Source: Trichosphaerium sp. ATCC 40318 (taxonomy: Eukaryota; Protista; Tubulinea). From it: a DNA stretch of 64,000 bases. The position numbers and the translations under genes were made by a program. Positions 48,734 through 60,703 of this stretch are shown here, piece after piece (within the stretch, counting starts at the first letter, position 1; the number at the start of each line of letters is the position of its first letter). The stretch lies in contig JALMLS010000255.1 in the NCBI GenBank assembly GCA_038496445.1, forward strand, positions 248,001 through 312,000, in the 5' to 3' direction. The notes under the pieces are model-generated. The model had not been told where the DNA came from and searched no databases. It was given only the letters and a program-made list of their open reading frames with translations.

Positions 48734-50757
48734 TTATTTCTTGTCAACAGCCTTACCTTCTTCTGAGGCTAAATATTGATGGTACAGAGTACCAAATTTA
48801 TCATTCGCCTGAATGATTCTTTGTTCTACCGACATGGTGTTATCCGTCTTGACAAGATTCATCCACCATTTTATAAATCCTCTTCCCATGACAGACCACT
48901 CTTGGTGGTGCTCTTTACACCCAGGCACATGGTGTAACGTACTCATACCACGTCCAATGCGCCCACAAGATTTAGAAGTGAGGTCTTCAATAGCTATTGC
49001 CAGCATTAGTAACATTGCAATCAAAAACTACTAAAAGTTGCGTGCATATGGAGTTGGCCTTTTGTCCCTGTTTTGGTTTTTTGGGACCATCAATGCCAAT
49101 CACTAGATTTCTTTGTATTGGGTTTACAATTGTAGAACGGAAAGTTTCTCTGATGCGTCTCCAGATGACATAAGAACTCGCCTTGATCTTGATCAGACCA
49201 AGAACAGCGTCGTTTTCGCCCAAAACGTATAAGACGGCTCCCTCAGTTCCCTTGGTGTCTCTTATATCATTAACCTATCCACAATTAGCTATATTACTTC
49301 AAGATCAATGCATGGACGTACCTGTGCGTCTAATTCAGCAAAAGGGTGCTCAGAGTGCTTAACACATTGTAGAGTATGTTTTGTGAAAAATCCAAAGGCT
49401 ACAGGGTTGGTATTAATAATACACACGTGCATTTGGATAAACATAGTTCTTGTTGGCTATTACCTTGTTTTGGGTGGATAGGGCGAGCTGTAATCTTATC
49501 TAACACAAAAGCGTTAGTACTTGCAGATTAATGGAGTTTCAAAAAGAGGCATTATTCAAACTTACCGAGTACGCTATAGAATTCAATGTAAGTTTCCTTG
49601 ATTGGGAAAATGTGTTCGTGGCACTCCAAGTTGATCTCACCCATCATGCTCCCATATTCTACCGCACCTTCCAAAAATGCTATGCACAGTAATTAGTTGA
49701 GCTACCTAACAAATCATTCTACCTTGCTGCTTCGCTTTGTCGAGCGCCAAGAACCACTCCGATACTGCCTTTGCCACAAATGGACCCGGTAACGTTTTGT
49801 TGGCACATGAGTAGTATTCTGTAGAAGGTTTGTATGCTGGCCAAGCTAGGCAGGTATTTTTTGAGCCTGCAAGAAAATAGAAGGAATCTAAAGACTACTG
49901 TTAACCCTCAAATTGATAACTCAAAAATTTAAAAAAGAGCCACCTTTAACTTGGATCACGCGACATTTGGCGTTTTCACCGTTGGACTTTTCTGTCCGGT
50001 AGAAGGTCTTAGCGTCGCTTAATTTAGCACCTAAGAGGATCAGTATTGTACGTTGTATTTGTAGTATCACAAACCATTAAAAAAGAAATTGGCTTGTGAG
50101 GAGTTGCTCTCCTCATCCTCATCACCAGCTGTCAGTCCTGTAAATTTTGGAATCCCGGTAAACTCCACACTGTAGAAGGGTAGTTATAAAAAACCGCGTG
50201 GTGCTGACGCTTACCTTGCGAGACATTGACCTTGTTTGTCAGTAACAGTCACATGATGAAATCCTCGTGGCAACAACTCCCGCAATAGTGGTGACAACGT
50301 GTAGAGCCCTTTTTTGAGTGAGACCAAGCGAGAACTAGTGTACTTACCATCATCACTAACGCCACCAGCAGTTTTCTTGTACTTTTTGCCCGTAGGGTCT
50401 TTTTGAAGCCATTTCTTGAATCCCCAAACATCTAGCGAGTACCCCTAAGCGCGTTGGTACACAGGTAGTGTAATTGGAACAACTGCCAAGGAAACGTCGT
50501 ACAATCGCTTTAAACGCGTAGCCGTCAATATTCATCTCCAGTGGGCGTGCTAATTTCGCGAACTTGTGTTTTTCAAAAATAGATGTTTTAAACGTCGTTT
50601 TTTCCCACCCCGTAGCGTTGGTGTACTTAGCGTATAACTCATTGATATCTTTGCCGTCTTCTACGGTTGGAATTCTAAACGATTGATCTGTGTAAGCGGC
50701 TGTTTCTTTTGCGTCAGGTGCTGTTGTATTCGCCATTGTGTTATTGATGTTCTGCAT
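48734..50757 (-). CDS. Stand-alone ATP-dependent RNA ligase-like protein (T4 Rnl1 / Trl1-ligase-like)
   Basis: LPRG, GIPKF, motif I TEKSNGEN, GSKN, GEI..HEHI, motif IV EGAVLY, motif V LIKIK, then YVIWRRIRE. True start may be ATG 50736. Confidence 0.72.
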
Positions 50758-50763
50758 TCGGTG

Positions 50764-53283
50764 ATGCAGAAAACTCCTTTTATTTCAAATGTACTGCCAA
50801 ACACCTCATTGCTATGTAATATGACCAAAAACCTCTCATTTGCAAATCGTACGCGTCAACGTCGCCTGCAAGAGGCATTGAAAGAAAAAAAACGTAGAAA
50901 GGATAAGCAGTGGTGGGCAGACACCAGAAATCAACTACATTTCGTAGAGCATGTTGTAGCGCCAAAGCTTGAAATAAAAACACTAGATGAATTTTATACA
51001 AAAGGAACGACAGATGACATACGTACCCTAGGCGGGCAGACACTACTAACTAAGTATGAAACTCATTTAAAATAATACAAACAATTTTTTGAGGGGTTGG
51101 GTCAATAAGCGCGATTTTCTGGCTAGATTGTATCCCAAATACTCCTGGGACTTCAGGCTCTTAGTTTCGTACGTTGTGTCCATGTATAGCTTTATTTAAG
51201 CAAATGGTTAGTACACCACACTGCCATTGGGATAGCCTGGCGAATCAACGTCGTCGTTTTGACTACATAGCAGAGCAATTACAACTAAAAACATGTCAAG
51301 ACTGGTACACAATAACACGCCGTCAAATCTCGAGCACTGGAGGTAGTGGCATAATACGCAAGTGCGTGACGTTATTACAGTGACCGATTTTTTCTTTCTG
51401 ACATTTGTTACAAGGTACGACTCGGTACTGGCTAGAGCAGTCAGCTCCATTTATCCACATTATACATGGGATTCTTGGCGCTTTAATTTCTTCGATGCAG
51501 CCGAAAGAAATTGGCTTGAAGTTGCTGCAGCACATTTGAATTATAAGATACTGGATGATTGGCACAATGTCACGCTTGAAAAGCTAAATCACCCTACACT
51601 ATCCAGCTTAAAGTCTCCCACGTAAGACACTGTGCAACATGCTTTTGATTTATAATAACGTTGCAGACAAGCAGACACCATATTGGGCGCTCTCCAAGCG
51701 CAATATCCGGAGCACAAGTGGGAACTGTGGCGATTTGAGTGCGTCAAAACGGAATTAATTGAGAAAATGCATTCACACTCTTTCATGCAGGTGCGCACCT
51801 GCAGGCTATTGGGACGACGTCAACATGCGCAAGGCTTATTTCGATAATGTGGCATCTGAAGAGCTGGAAGTGTACACTCTTGATGATTGGTATGACATCT
51901 CCATTTTCGAGTTTGGGAAAGTAGGCGGTTATGGTTTGTTAGCAAGGTGCGCCTACAACACTTGTAATTCATTTTTAATAGTGCAACAGGTATAATGGTT
52001 CAATTACTCTTGCACTAGCATCTTTATACCCTGAATATGAGTGGGTCATGTGGAATTTCAGGTACGCTTAACGAAGCATCACCCCAGCTGATAAGAATAG
52101 GTCTGTACCTAATAAACACTGGTTCGACATTGAGAACCAACAAAAGTACTTTGATGCCACAGGCAAAGTGATGGGTATAAAGACAATGGAAGGGTGGTTT
52201 AGAGTAACTGCCAAGATTATTGCAGAGCATCACAACGGAGCAGGATTGCTCAAAAGGTAATAGTGGTTGTAATTTAGTCAACTTAGTGGAGTAGGTATAA
52301 CTTTTCAATACACGCGGCTCTGGAGGCTGTCTATCCAAACTTTGATTGGAATCAACGACGCGAAGTGTACGTTGTAACTAGATTTAACTACCTAATTTAA
52401 TGCTTAATAAGGATTGATAAACCACGTGGATACTGGTACCAAAAAGAGAAGGTGGTCAATTTTCTATCGCTGGTTGAAGGCAAAATGCGCATTTCCGCTC
52501 CGGAAGATTGGTACCCGTGGTATTAGTTCGCTTCTTGCAAACAATTGATTTAGGTATCGTGTATCTATGGCACAGATTAGAGAATTTGGCGGTGCTGGAC
52601 TATTGCACAGGCATTATCCGCGCGCATTGAAACATATGTATCCCAACCAACATTGGGTGTGGAACAACTTCAAGAGCTTTGACAAGCGCGCAGCACAGAG
52701 GTATCTTATATACCCTGTTTTTTGTTTCTGAACTGGTGCTAGGGCACTTTATGATAGAGTAAAGGAATTGTTTCCAAACACAGCGATTGAAGAAGAACAC
52801 AATATTGGTTTTAGCGACATTGTTGCAAGGAGTCAACTTACTCTGGATCTCTACATACCAAAGTACAGTCTCGCACTTGAGTATCAAGGTACACGCTTTG
52901 ATTACATATCGTTGCTCAGTAGCGTACTAGGCGAACATCACTTTGATGATATCATGTCAATGACTGGGCCCACGTCCGTCTATAGAGCTAGAGATGAAGA
53001 GAAAGCAGCAAGGTGCAAGGCCATTGGCATCAACCTCGTACCTGTACCATATTGGTGCGTCTAAAGTACCGTTAACAGTGCCTGACTCGGTAAACTTAGG
53101 TGGACAGGAGATCTTGCTTCGCTTGCAGCTACGATTATACACTACTATCCTCATACACAGATCGCGCTTCGTTTCAATCCCCATACTCCACCGTTGGTAG
53201 GCAAACCACACTCGATACGTACGCACTTTGAAGCCATTCAACAATCTAAGACTACTCTACAGCTACTTTTAAACGCAGCATGA
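50764..53283 (+). CDS. LDDWY-type repeat protein, paralog 2 (6 repeats + C-terminal PD-(D/E)XK/DUF559/RAP-like domain)
   Basis: Six repeats, then LTLDLYIPKYSLALEYQGEHHF...RDEEKAARCKAIGINLVPVPYWW. Confidence 0.8.
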
Positions 53284-53600
53284 TGCAACCAGAAGCAGAT
53301 CTAAACGTAGTTCATCCCGCCAGTAGGGAAGTGACTAGCCAATTACGATCTCGAGAATCTTTCCATTAATACAGCTTGCTGAATAACCAAATGTATCAAA
53401 GCACTACACACGAACATCACGTGAACGCAACAAGCACGTGGTAACAAGACATGCGCTCATTCAATAATGTGACAATAATATCTCACTCAAGGTACTTCTT
53501 TAACTTCTACTGCAAAATACTGTACAAAGCAAAGCGTGCTAGCGTTTCGGAGAGCATAAGAGACTTAACAATTTTTAGATATTTCAGAAAAACGGGAACA

Positions 53601-55203
53601 ATGAAGCTTATCCTCTTAATAACGCTTGCGTTATGTTCTTGTATGGCAAACGAACTGGTTTTAAACGAACAAGGGTTCCTCAAAGACTGTATTGAAGCAT
53701 GGCACTCCCCTCCTGAGTCTTGGCGTTTGGACGACCTCCCTAACGCGTGCGGCTGGGAAGGTATCATTTGCTCAGCACGTGGTTTACCTGGCGAGCACAG
53801 AATTACCACACTGTAAGTACAAGCACGAAAGTTGAGCCCTCATATTAATTTTTATGTAGGAGTTTAGATAAATTTGAGCTACTTGGAGAGATACCACATT
53901 CTATCAACGAGTTAACGTTCATTGAGACATTGTAAATAATATTATCACGCTAGAATTAATTGCTTACGGATTGTAGAAATTTATGGCACGCAAAGCTACA
54001 AGGAAGTATTCCGCAAGAAATTGGCTTCCTACCTCACTTGCGCTACATGTACGCTACATAAAATATTTTCTCGATCAGTCTGCAAATGCTGTAATTGTAA
54101 CAATCATTAATAGGAACCTATGTTGCAATGAGTTATCCGGCGAAATACCACAGACACTTGCTAATCTAAAGAGATTACGATTTTTGTATGTTACATAACA
54201 TAGCAAAGCGCTGGATATTAGCAATAAACTAACACGTGATTTTAGACGCTTACACGAGAATGATCTTTCTGGTGAATTACCCGCAAATCTAGGCGAATTG
54301 CATGCTCTAGAAGTACTGTACGCAGTGTACTATTCACCAAACAAAAAACTAAAAAAATTGTAGTATTTTGGAGCGCAATGTGTTTTCCGGATCTCTTCCG
54401 TCATCACTCTCTGACTTAACTCGTTTGCACTGGCTGTACGTACTACAAAGAGTCATGAAATTGATTAAGTGCCCTTTAGCGATGTCCGTGCCAACCCGAT
54501 GACAGGCTGCGCTCCAAAGAAGCTCAACCATTTTATGGTATTTTGGTAACAACGCGTTTCTTATTTGTTTATAATTCTTACTCAACGTAGTGGGCTTGAG
54601 GAGACAGGTATCAAGTGTGCAGATGAATGTGGTACATTGGATCTACCAGATCACTGCTTTGCTCAGTGCAAACACAACCTACATGGTAGCACAACAGCTG
54701 CTCCGGTAATTGCTCAAGTGATTACAGCTCTTTGTTGGCTAACAACTTTATCTAGGAACCAGTACAAAATACGACCGTTGATGTTACACCAGAACCAAAG
54801 ACACAAAGTACGTCCACAATGTCACCTGAATCTGGTATTAATCGTATGTAGTTGAAGTTGTGGAAGTCCGCAACCTAGTTGCTCCATACTGCCTCGCCGC
54901 TGCTGGAGGATTCCTTGCTCTTTTAATGTTAGGTTGCTTGATTTATGTCATACGAAGACGTCAACGTGCTCGCAAGTCTTCCTACGCTTCTGTGTACGCC
55001 TCACCGAAAAAAACAGTAAAATTCGAATGAAATATTTCCTTTTTCTGCATATTCCAAAAATATGTACTGAAATACTCTACAGGGATAGCTACTCCGACTA
55101 CGATGAGGAAACGAGCATGACAGACCCTGACTACTACGAGAGCGACTCATGGGATGAATTTGAAGAGGAAAGCTTTGAGGACTTGGAAGAAGATGACCAA
55201 TAA
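53601..55203 (+). CDS. LRR receptor-like type I membrane protein without kinase
   Basis: Signal peptide, LRRNT ACGWEGIIC, plant-type LRRs (NELSGEIPQTLANL) at about one per exon, S/T-rich stalk, TM, acidic tail. Confidence 0.82.
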
Positions 55204-55560
55204 TTCCACTTTGAAGAAGAGTCCTTGTATTACTTGGTGGAATTTAATCAGCCAATACCCATCTCTTTTTGTAAATTTACAAAATAAGTATTAAATTTTT
55301 AGCGTTATATTACATGACTTTTACATTTTTGTACTTTTACGCGCGCAGGATGGATAGCAAGCACTCCCGAAATCTCGATCACTTAAGTCCTTCTTACTGT
55401 TTTTTTTTTTTTTGTGGTGATTTCGAAAAACGAGTAGCTACTCTTACTCCTTGTTGCTACGTTTAAACTAGCAGCCCATTCTTTACCTTTCACGAATTTA
55501 TCCAGTTCGTACGCTTTTCTGTAGTGTACACCGCCACTTATCTTTTACAACTAGGAGCCT

Positions 55561-57503
55561 ATGAGCACCAACAGTGGTAAACGCGATGAAAAAATACCAG
55601 GTTAGTGTTTAAACCAGGCACACAACAAGCCCACCTACTGCAGCTAGTTCTCGCGTTTACAATGAAAACCAAGCACCGAATCATTATTTTAGCGAATTTG
55701 TTCGCTAATACACCCACAACAAGCGTTTTTATCGCTGGGTGATAATGTTTACGTATATCAAACGAGATGTTACGGCTGTCACAAAAAAATTACGTGTTTT
55801 GTTGCTGAGCTGAATATTTTTAGTGCAACCATCTGGCAACAGTTTCTTGGTTGACTGCTTAATAATGGCATTACCAATTTTACAGTCTGTTTTCAGTACA
55901 GTAAACGATCCGAACGAAAAGTATGACATGTTGTTGACGTACAACAAACAATCTAACCCGAATGCCTTTAGAAATGATCTTAAAACAACACCATTGACAA
56001 GATGGTCTGCTATTGACGAGAGAGAACAAGTTCCAGATAGAATGCTTTCCTACTCTGGTTTCGACTCTATTTTAAAAGGTACAAAAACAATAAAATAACT
56101 CTTTATTGTTTGAACAAAAAAAAAAAAAAAAGAATGTGCTAATAATTTTCTGGCAGTGCCTCTCATTAATGGAGAGTACGATCTTATTTTCGTAAAGTGC
56201 CTAATCCTTATAACTGCACTACTCGCTCCATTGTTTGTTTGCTGTTTCATGTATGATCTACCATGGTACAAACTACACGCATCTTTTTTTTTTTTTCACA
56301 TTTTTGTTTTGTCAACTTGCAATGCCTAAGAATCTTGGTAGGTATTATGGTCTATTGTACGCTATTCTCGAAATAAGGCTTAAAGGAACATTTATCTCGC
56401 TTATGCACTGCTCCTCACATACCCCAATATTTAAGGCAAGTTTTTCCGGCCACGCTTTTTACCTGAACAGCCTCTTGTACTTGTAAAAACATGTTTGTAA
56501 CACTACTCTTTATAGAAGTCATGGTGGCCTCTAAACTACTATGTGCCTGTATTGGGTATCCTTCTTGGACAGCCGCCATACACGTATCAAATGCATCACC
56601 TTAAAATGCATCACGTTGAGAATAATGGATTAAATGATCTCTCTTCGACTCTCCTTTATGATAGAGACTCAATCCTTGGCTTTCTTCACTATTATTTCCG
56701 CTTCTTGTTCTTTATTATCTTTGAGCTCACGTACTACTTTGTAGTAACCAAACGTACGCGTTTTTATTATTGGATAAATTTGCTTCAGAGTTATTTTTGT
56801 TTTACAGCTAACGTTTGACTAGGCCAATTAAAACATGCGCTTACATCTCTAGCTGGAGAACTTTCATACTACTTTATTGCGTACCAACTGTGGCAAATCA
56901 ACCCTGTAATAACTAACCGAACAAAATCCTTTTCATAATTGACTGTTTTATGCAGGTAATGACCATCTTCACCATGTTTATTCCTTTCAACACGAGCCGA
57001 TTTGGTATGATGTCTGGTAACTGGGGTCAGCACGCTCTCATCGATAGAGCCAGCCCGTTGTCTGACTGGGGATCGAGCATCACAGTATCGAACAATCACT
57101 ACAACAAGGAATCCTTTATGGACGGCTATCACACGTCTCATCATCTCAATCCACGAAGGCATTGGTGCGTTGACACAATTACCTTTTTCCACAAGTACTC
57201 ATAACAAACGTAGGCGTGACCACAGGAGATACATGCTCGACAATGAGACTAGATTCATTAAAAAAGGTGCTCTTATCTTTGAGGGAATCGACTTTCACGG
57301 CGTGTGGTTTTACCTCATGACAAAGAATTACAGCAAACTCGCTGATCACGTTGTTTACATTGATGGTGGTATGTACTATTTTTTTTTATTAGTTACGTGT
57401 TTGATTAGTAACACTGTTCGCAGAGCAACCAGACAAAGCAATCGTCATGGCTAAGCTAAAGGCTAGAGCTAGAAAATTCACCAAGGAGGAACTTACACCT
57501 TAA
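55561..57503 (+). CDS. Membrane fatty-acid desaturase-like protein
   Basis: His boxes HCSSH, HHLKMHH and GYHTSHH, GNWGQHA motif, hydrophobic segments. Confidence 0.85.
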
Positions 57504-57787
57504 CTTGTCTTGTACTACATAAGAAACAATTTAACTTGTCATTTCTAAACGTGTCAACTTGTTTTTTAAAAGCAGACATTAATGATATGAGCTTGGAGTG
57601 ACTACGCTTGACTATGACTTACCATCTCAACAAAGCGTTATCCCGAGCGTTTCAACCAAGCAATTACCTACGTTCATAACGCTACAATAGCGAGTGTTAC
57701 AGTTAGGGCGAAATACACGCTCTTAAGCAAAATTAGCGTGCGTATGGACCCAATTTACGTTGTGAGAGGTGTTTTGGGTTGTATTTG

Positions 57788-60516
57788 ATGCGAACAAGGT
57801 ACAAGAGCCCGCAAAATTGTAATTGACCCGTTCAGCCGCTTAATAGCACGTACGAGCGAGCGTGCTTACACCGAGCACCATGTATTGCACTTTAACGCAG
57901 TAGCGAAAGATCTAGGTGTTAAGTTACTGAGCGGTTGGTACACTGTGGCTACAAAAGACTTTGCTCTCCACTCTAGCCTCCTGCGCAGGTAAATGCAATT
58001 TTTTTTTGACAGGTGTCACAATCCGCGTCATGACTCCTCTTGCAGATACAACAATTCTCTCCAGCGCGCATTAATACACAATTTCCCACAGTACGAGTGG
58101 GAAGCTTGGCGCTTCATGTACGCAAGTGTCGTTTGGTTTGAAGCGTAACAATCTTGCAAGAAATACACGCTCAGGGTACTGGAATTTCGTTAGCAATCAG
58201 CGTGACCAGTTCGACTACTTTGCGGAACTACTGAATATTAAGTATTTGGATGGATGGTACAATGTAGTGAACGATGACATTCTACATCTGCCATCCGGCG
58301 CAAGCATTTTGCAGAAGTACGGCCACCCCTTCGAGAAACTCGTTTTGTTTTGTTTTGTCTATTTGCTCAACCTGTGTGCCAGGTACAACTTCTCCCTTTC
58401 AACTGCCTTATCGACTATTTATCCTCAATACTCTTGGCAGATGTATCGGTTTCTGTAAGCAAGTATCCATGAGATGGCGCTCATATTTATAATTAGGAAT
58501 GCTCCAAACCAGTATTATGACTCTGTAGACGCACAAAGATACAAACTTGAGTACGTCGCAGAGGCTATAGGTGTTGCTACCCTTGACGCTTGGTACAATG
58601 TATCTTGTAGCCAATTCATTGAGTATGGAGGTGGTAGTTTGCTGCAGAGGTACCAATGATTTTACAACACTTCAAAGGTTGACGAATATTTGCAGATTCA
58701 GTAGTTCTGTAGAGTTGATGCTTCAAACTCTTCTTCCTTCTTACAGCTGGCAGTTTGTACCGTCTGTTGCAACTCAAAAAACTAAAGCTCAGATGAACGA
58801 TATAGCAGAGTTATTGAATGTTACAGAGGTAACTGAATGGTATACCACACTAGAATCCCAAATCGTTGAGCACGGTGGAGCTTCAATAATCAATAAGTAT
58901 GGGTCATATTTCAAGTTACTTGTTGCTTTGTATCCTCAACACAACTGGGACGAGAGCAGGCTAACGTACGTGCTCTAACTCATATCACTTGTAGCACCAC
59001 TAATCGCATCTATCCAGTAAATCTCAGCGGTATACAGAAGCCATCACCAAGGAGAGAAATACACTAATAGACATTGGCAAAAAATTAGGCGTCTCAAAGC
59101 TTGAAGATTGGTACAGTGTGCCAAAACGCAAAATACGTAAAGTCAATGGCAGCTTCTTTAGAAAGTACAATTTCAATCATCACCCAATACAACGCGCTAA
59201 TGTTTGCGCCAGATACCATTATTCTTTGTTGTATACTTTGCAAGTTGTGTTCCCAGAAGTGAAGTGGATACCCACTAAGTTCACGTGCGTTTGTAGTTTT
59301 TTACAACATTAGTTAACGACAATCAAGCGCACATAGCCTTCGCACGATGACAAGGCAACAACATGAAAAGACACTACAGACTTTGAGCCGTAAAATGGGA
59401 TTGAAAGTTTTGGATGACTGGCGTATTGTTAGCACAAAAAAAATACAACACGCTGGAGGTGCAGAAATACTTGCAACGTACTTCTGTTCTCTGTGCGACA
59501 CGCTGCAACTTATTCTGTTGAAGGTATCGAAATTCAATCTCCACTATGTTACGTGTTGTGTTTCCTTTCCATGAATGGACGTTTGACAAGTACCCCCATG
59601 GCTATTGGCAAGAAGAATCTAATCAAGTGGCGTTCCTTCTAGATGTCACCAAAAAATTACACATTACAGAGATGGCACATTGGTACTTTTTCACCAACAA
59701 CTTCAACAATTGCTTTTGCTCTAAACACATATGCAGGTATCGGGTATCTGGTAGTCAATTAGTGCAGCTTGGAAGTGCTACGATCGCAGCCATGTTCCCA
59801 CGTATACTACAACGGCTTGACCCAACTTTCAACTGGGATTGGTCACGCTTCGCGCCCTCCAAAGCAACACAACAGTAAGGCCACCACGAACGTATGTAAG
59901 ACCTAATATCGCTTTTTTTGCAGTTTGCTTGTGTCTCACCTCAGATCATTACTACCATACTGCTCCATTGAAGAAGAAAGATTTATTGATATCCGGGATC
60001 CTACAAGCGGCAACTTGTCCGTTGACATTTTCATCTCAGAATACAATTTGGCGATAGAATACCAAGGTACGATAGTGATAAGCACGTGATTTGCGGAGGT
60101 GCACCTCTTAATGTTAGAGTAGGAGAACAGCACTTTCATGACTTGATGCCCCAGGGAGCTCCGTCTTTATCAATTCTTGCGCGTGATGCTGAGAAGGCGC
60201 AGCACTGCAGCGATGCAGGTAATCTTAGTTCTACGTAACAAAACTCTCATATTTTGAAACATAGGCGTCAGACTGTTGATTATACCGTACACATGGAAAG
60301 GTGACATAGATACCATTGCCGCCACATTAAATTGGTACATTCCTGAGATAAACTTGCCTGTATCCAGCGCTGTAGTGCCACTGTCAGCGGTGCCACCAGG
60401 TCTTAAAGGTACAAAGCCTATCACAATGATTTATTTATGTTAACAACATGTTTACAGATCAACAGCGATTCATGTCACCGAGATCTTGCCTAGTTTCTTC
60501 GAGCACAACATCATAA
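57788..60516 (+). CDS. LDDWY-type repeat protein, paralog 3 (~7 repeats + C-terminal nuclease-like domain)
   Basis: Repeats, then LSVDIFISEYNLAIEYQGEQHF...RDAEKAQHCSDAGVRLLIIPYTW. Last exon uncertain (stop at 60443 or 60516). Confidence 0.8.
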
Positions 60517-60703
60517 ACACCCTTTGTACATTCTCTTGTATTGTAATCTTTAAACGAGACTCCGAGTTTCACAGTTTTTTTTCACTTTTTTTTTGTATCT
60601 GAGAGTTGACTTAGTTACTTTTGCTGAGTTAGTTGCGAATTAAGCAAACTTAGTAAGTCAAATCCCAAAACGCAAGTTACCGATTTCGTTACGCTCAGCA
60701 CTG

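Noticed and set aside
43669-53283. Bacterial contamination or operon explanation for the RtcB2/SDR/ligase region
   Set aside because: All these genes carry multiple host-type spliceosomal introns and have mixed orientations.
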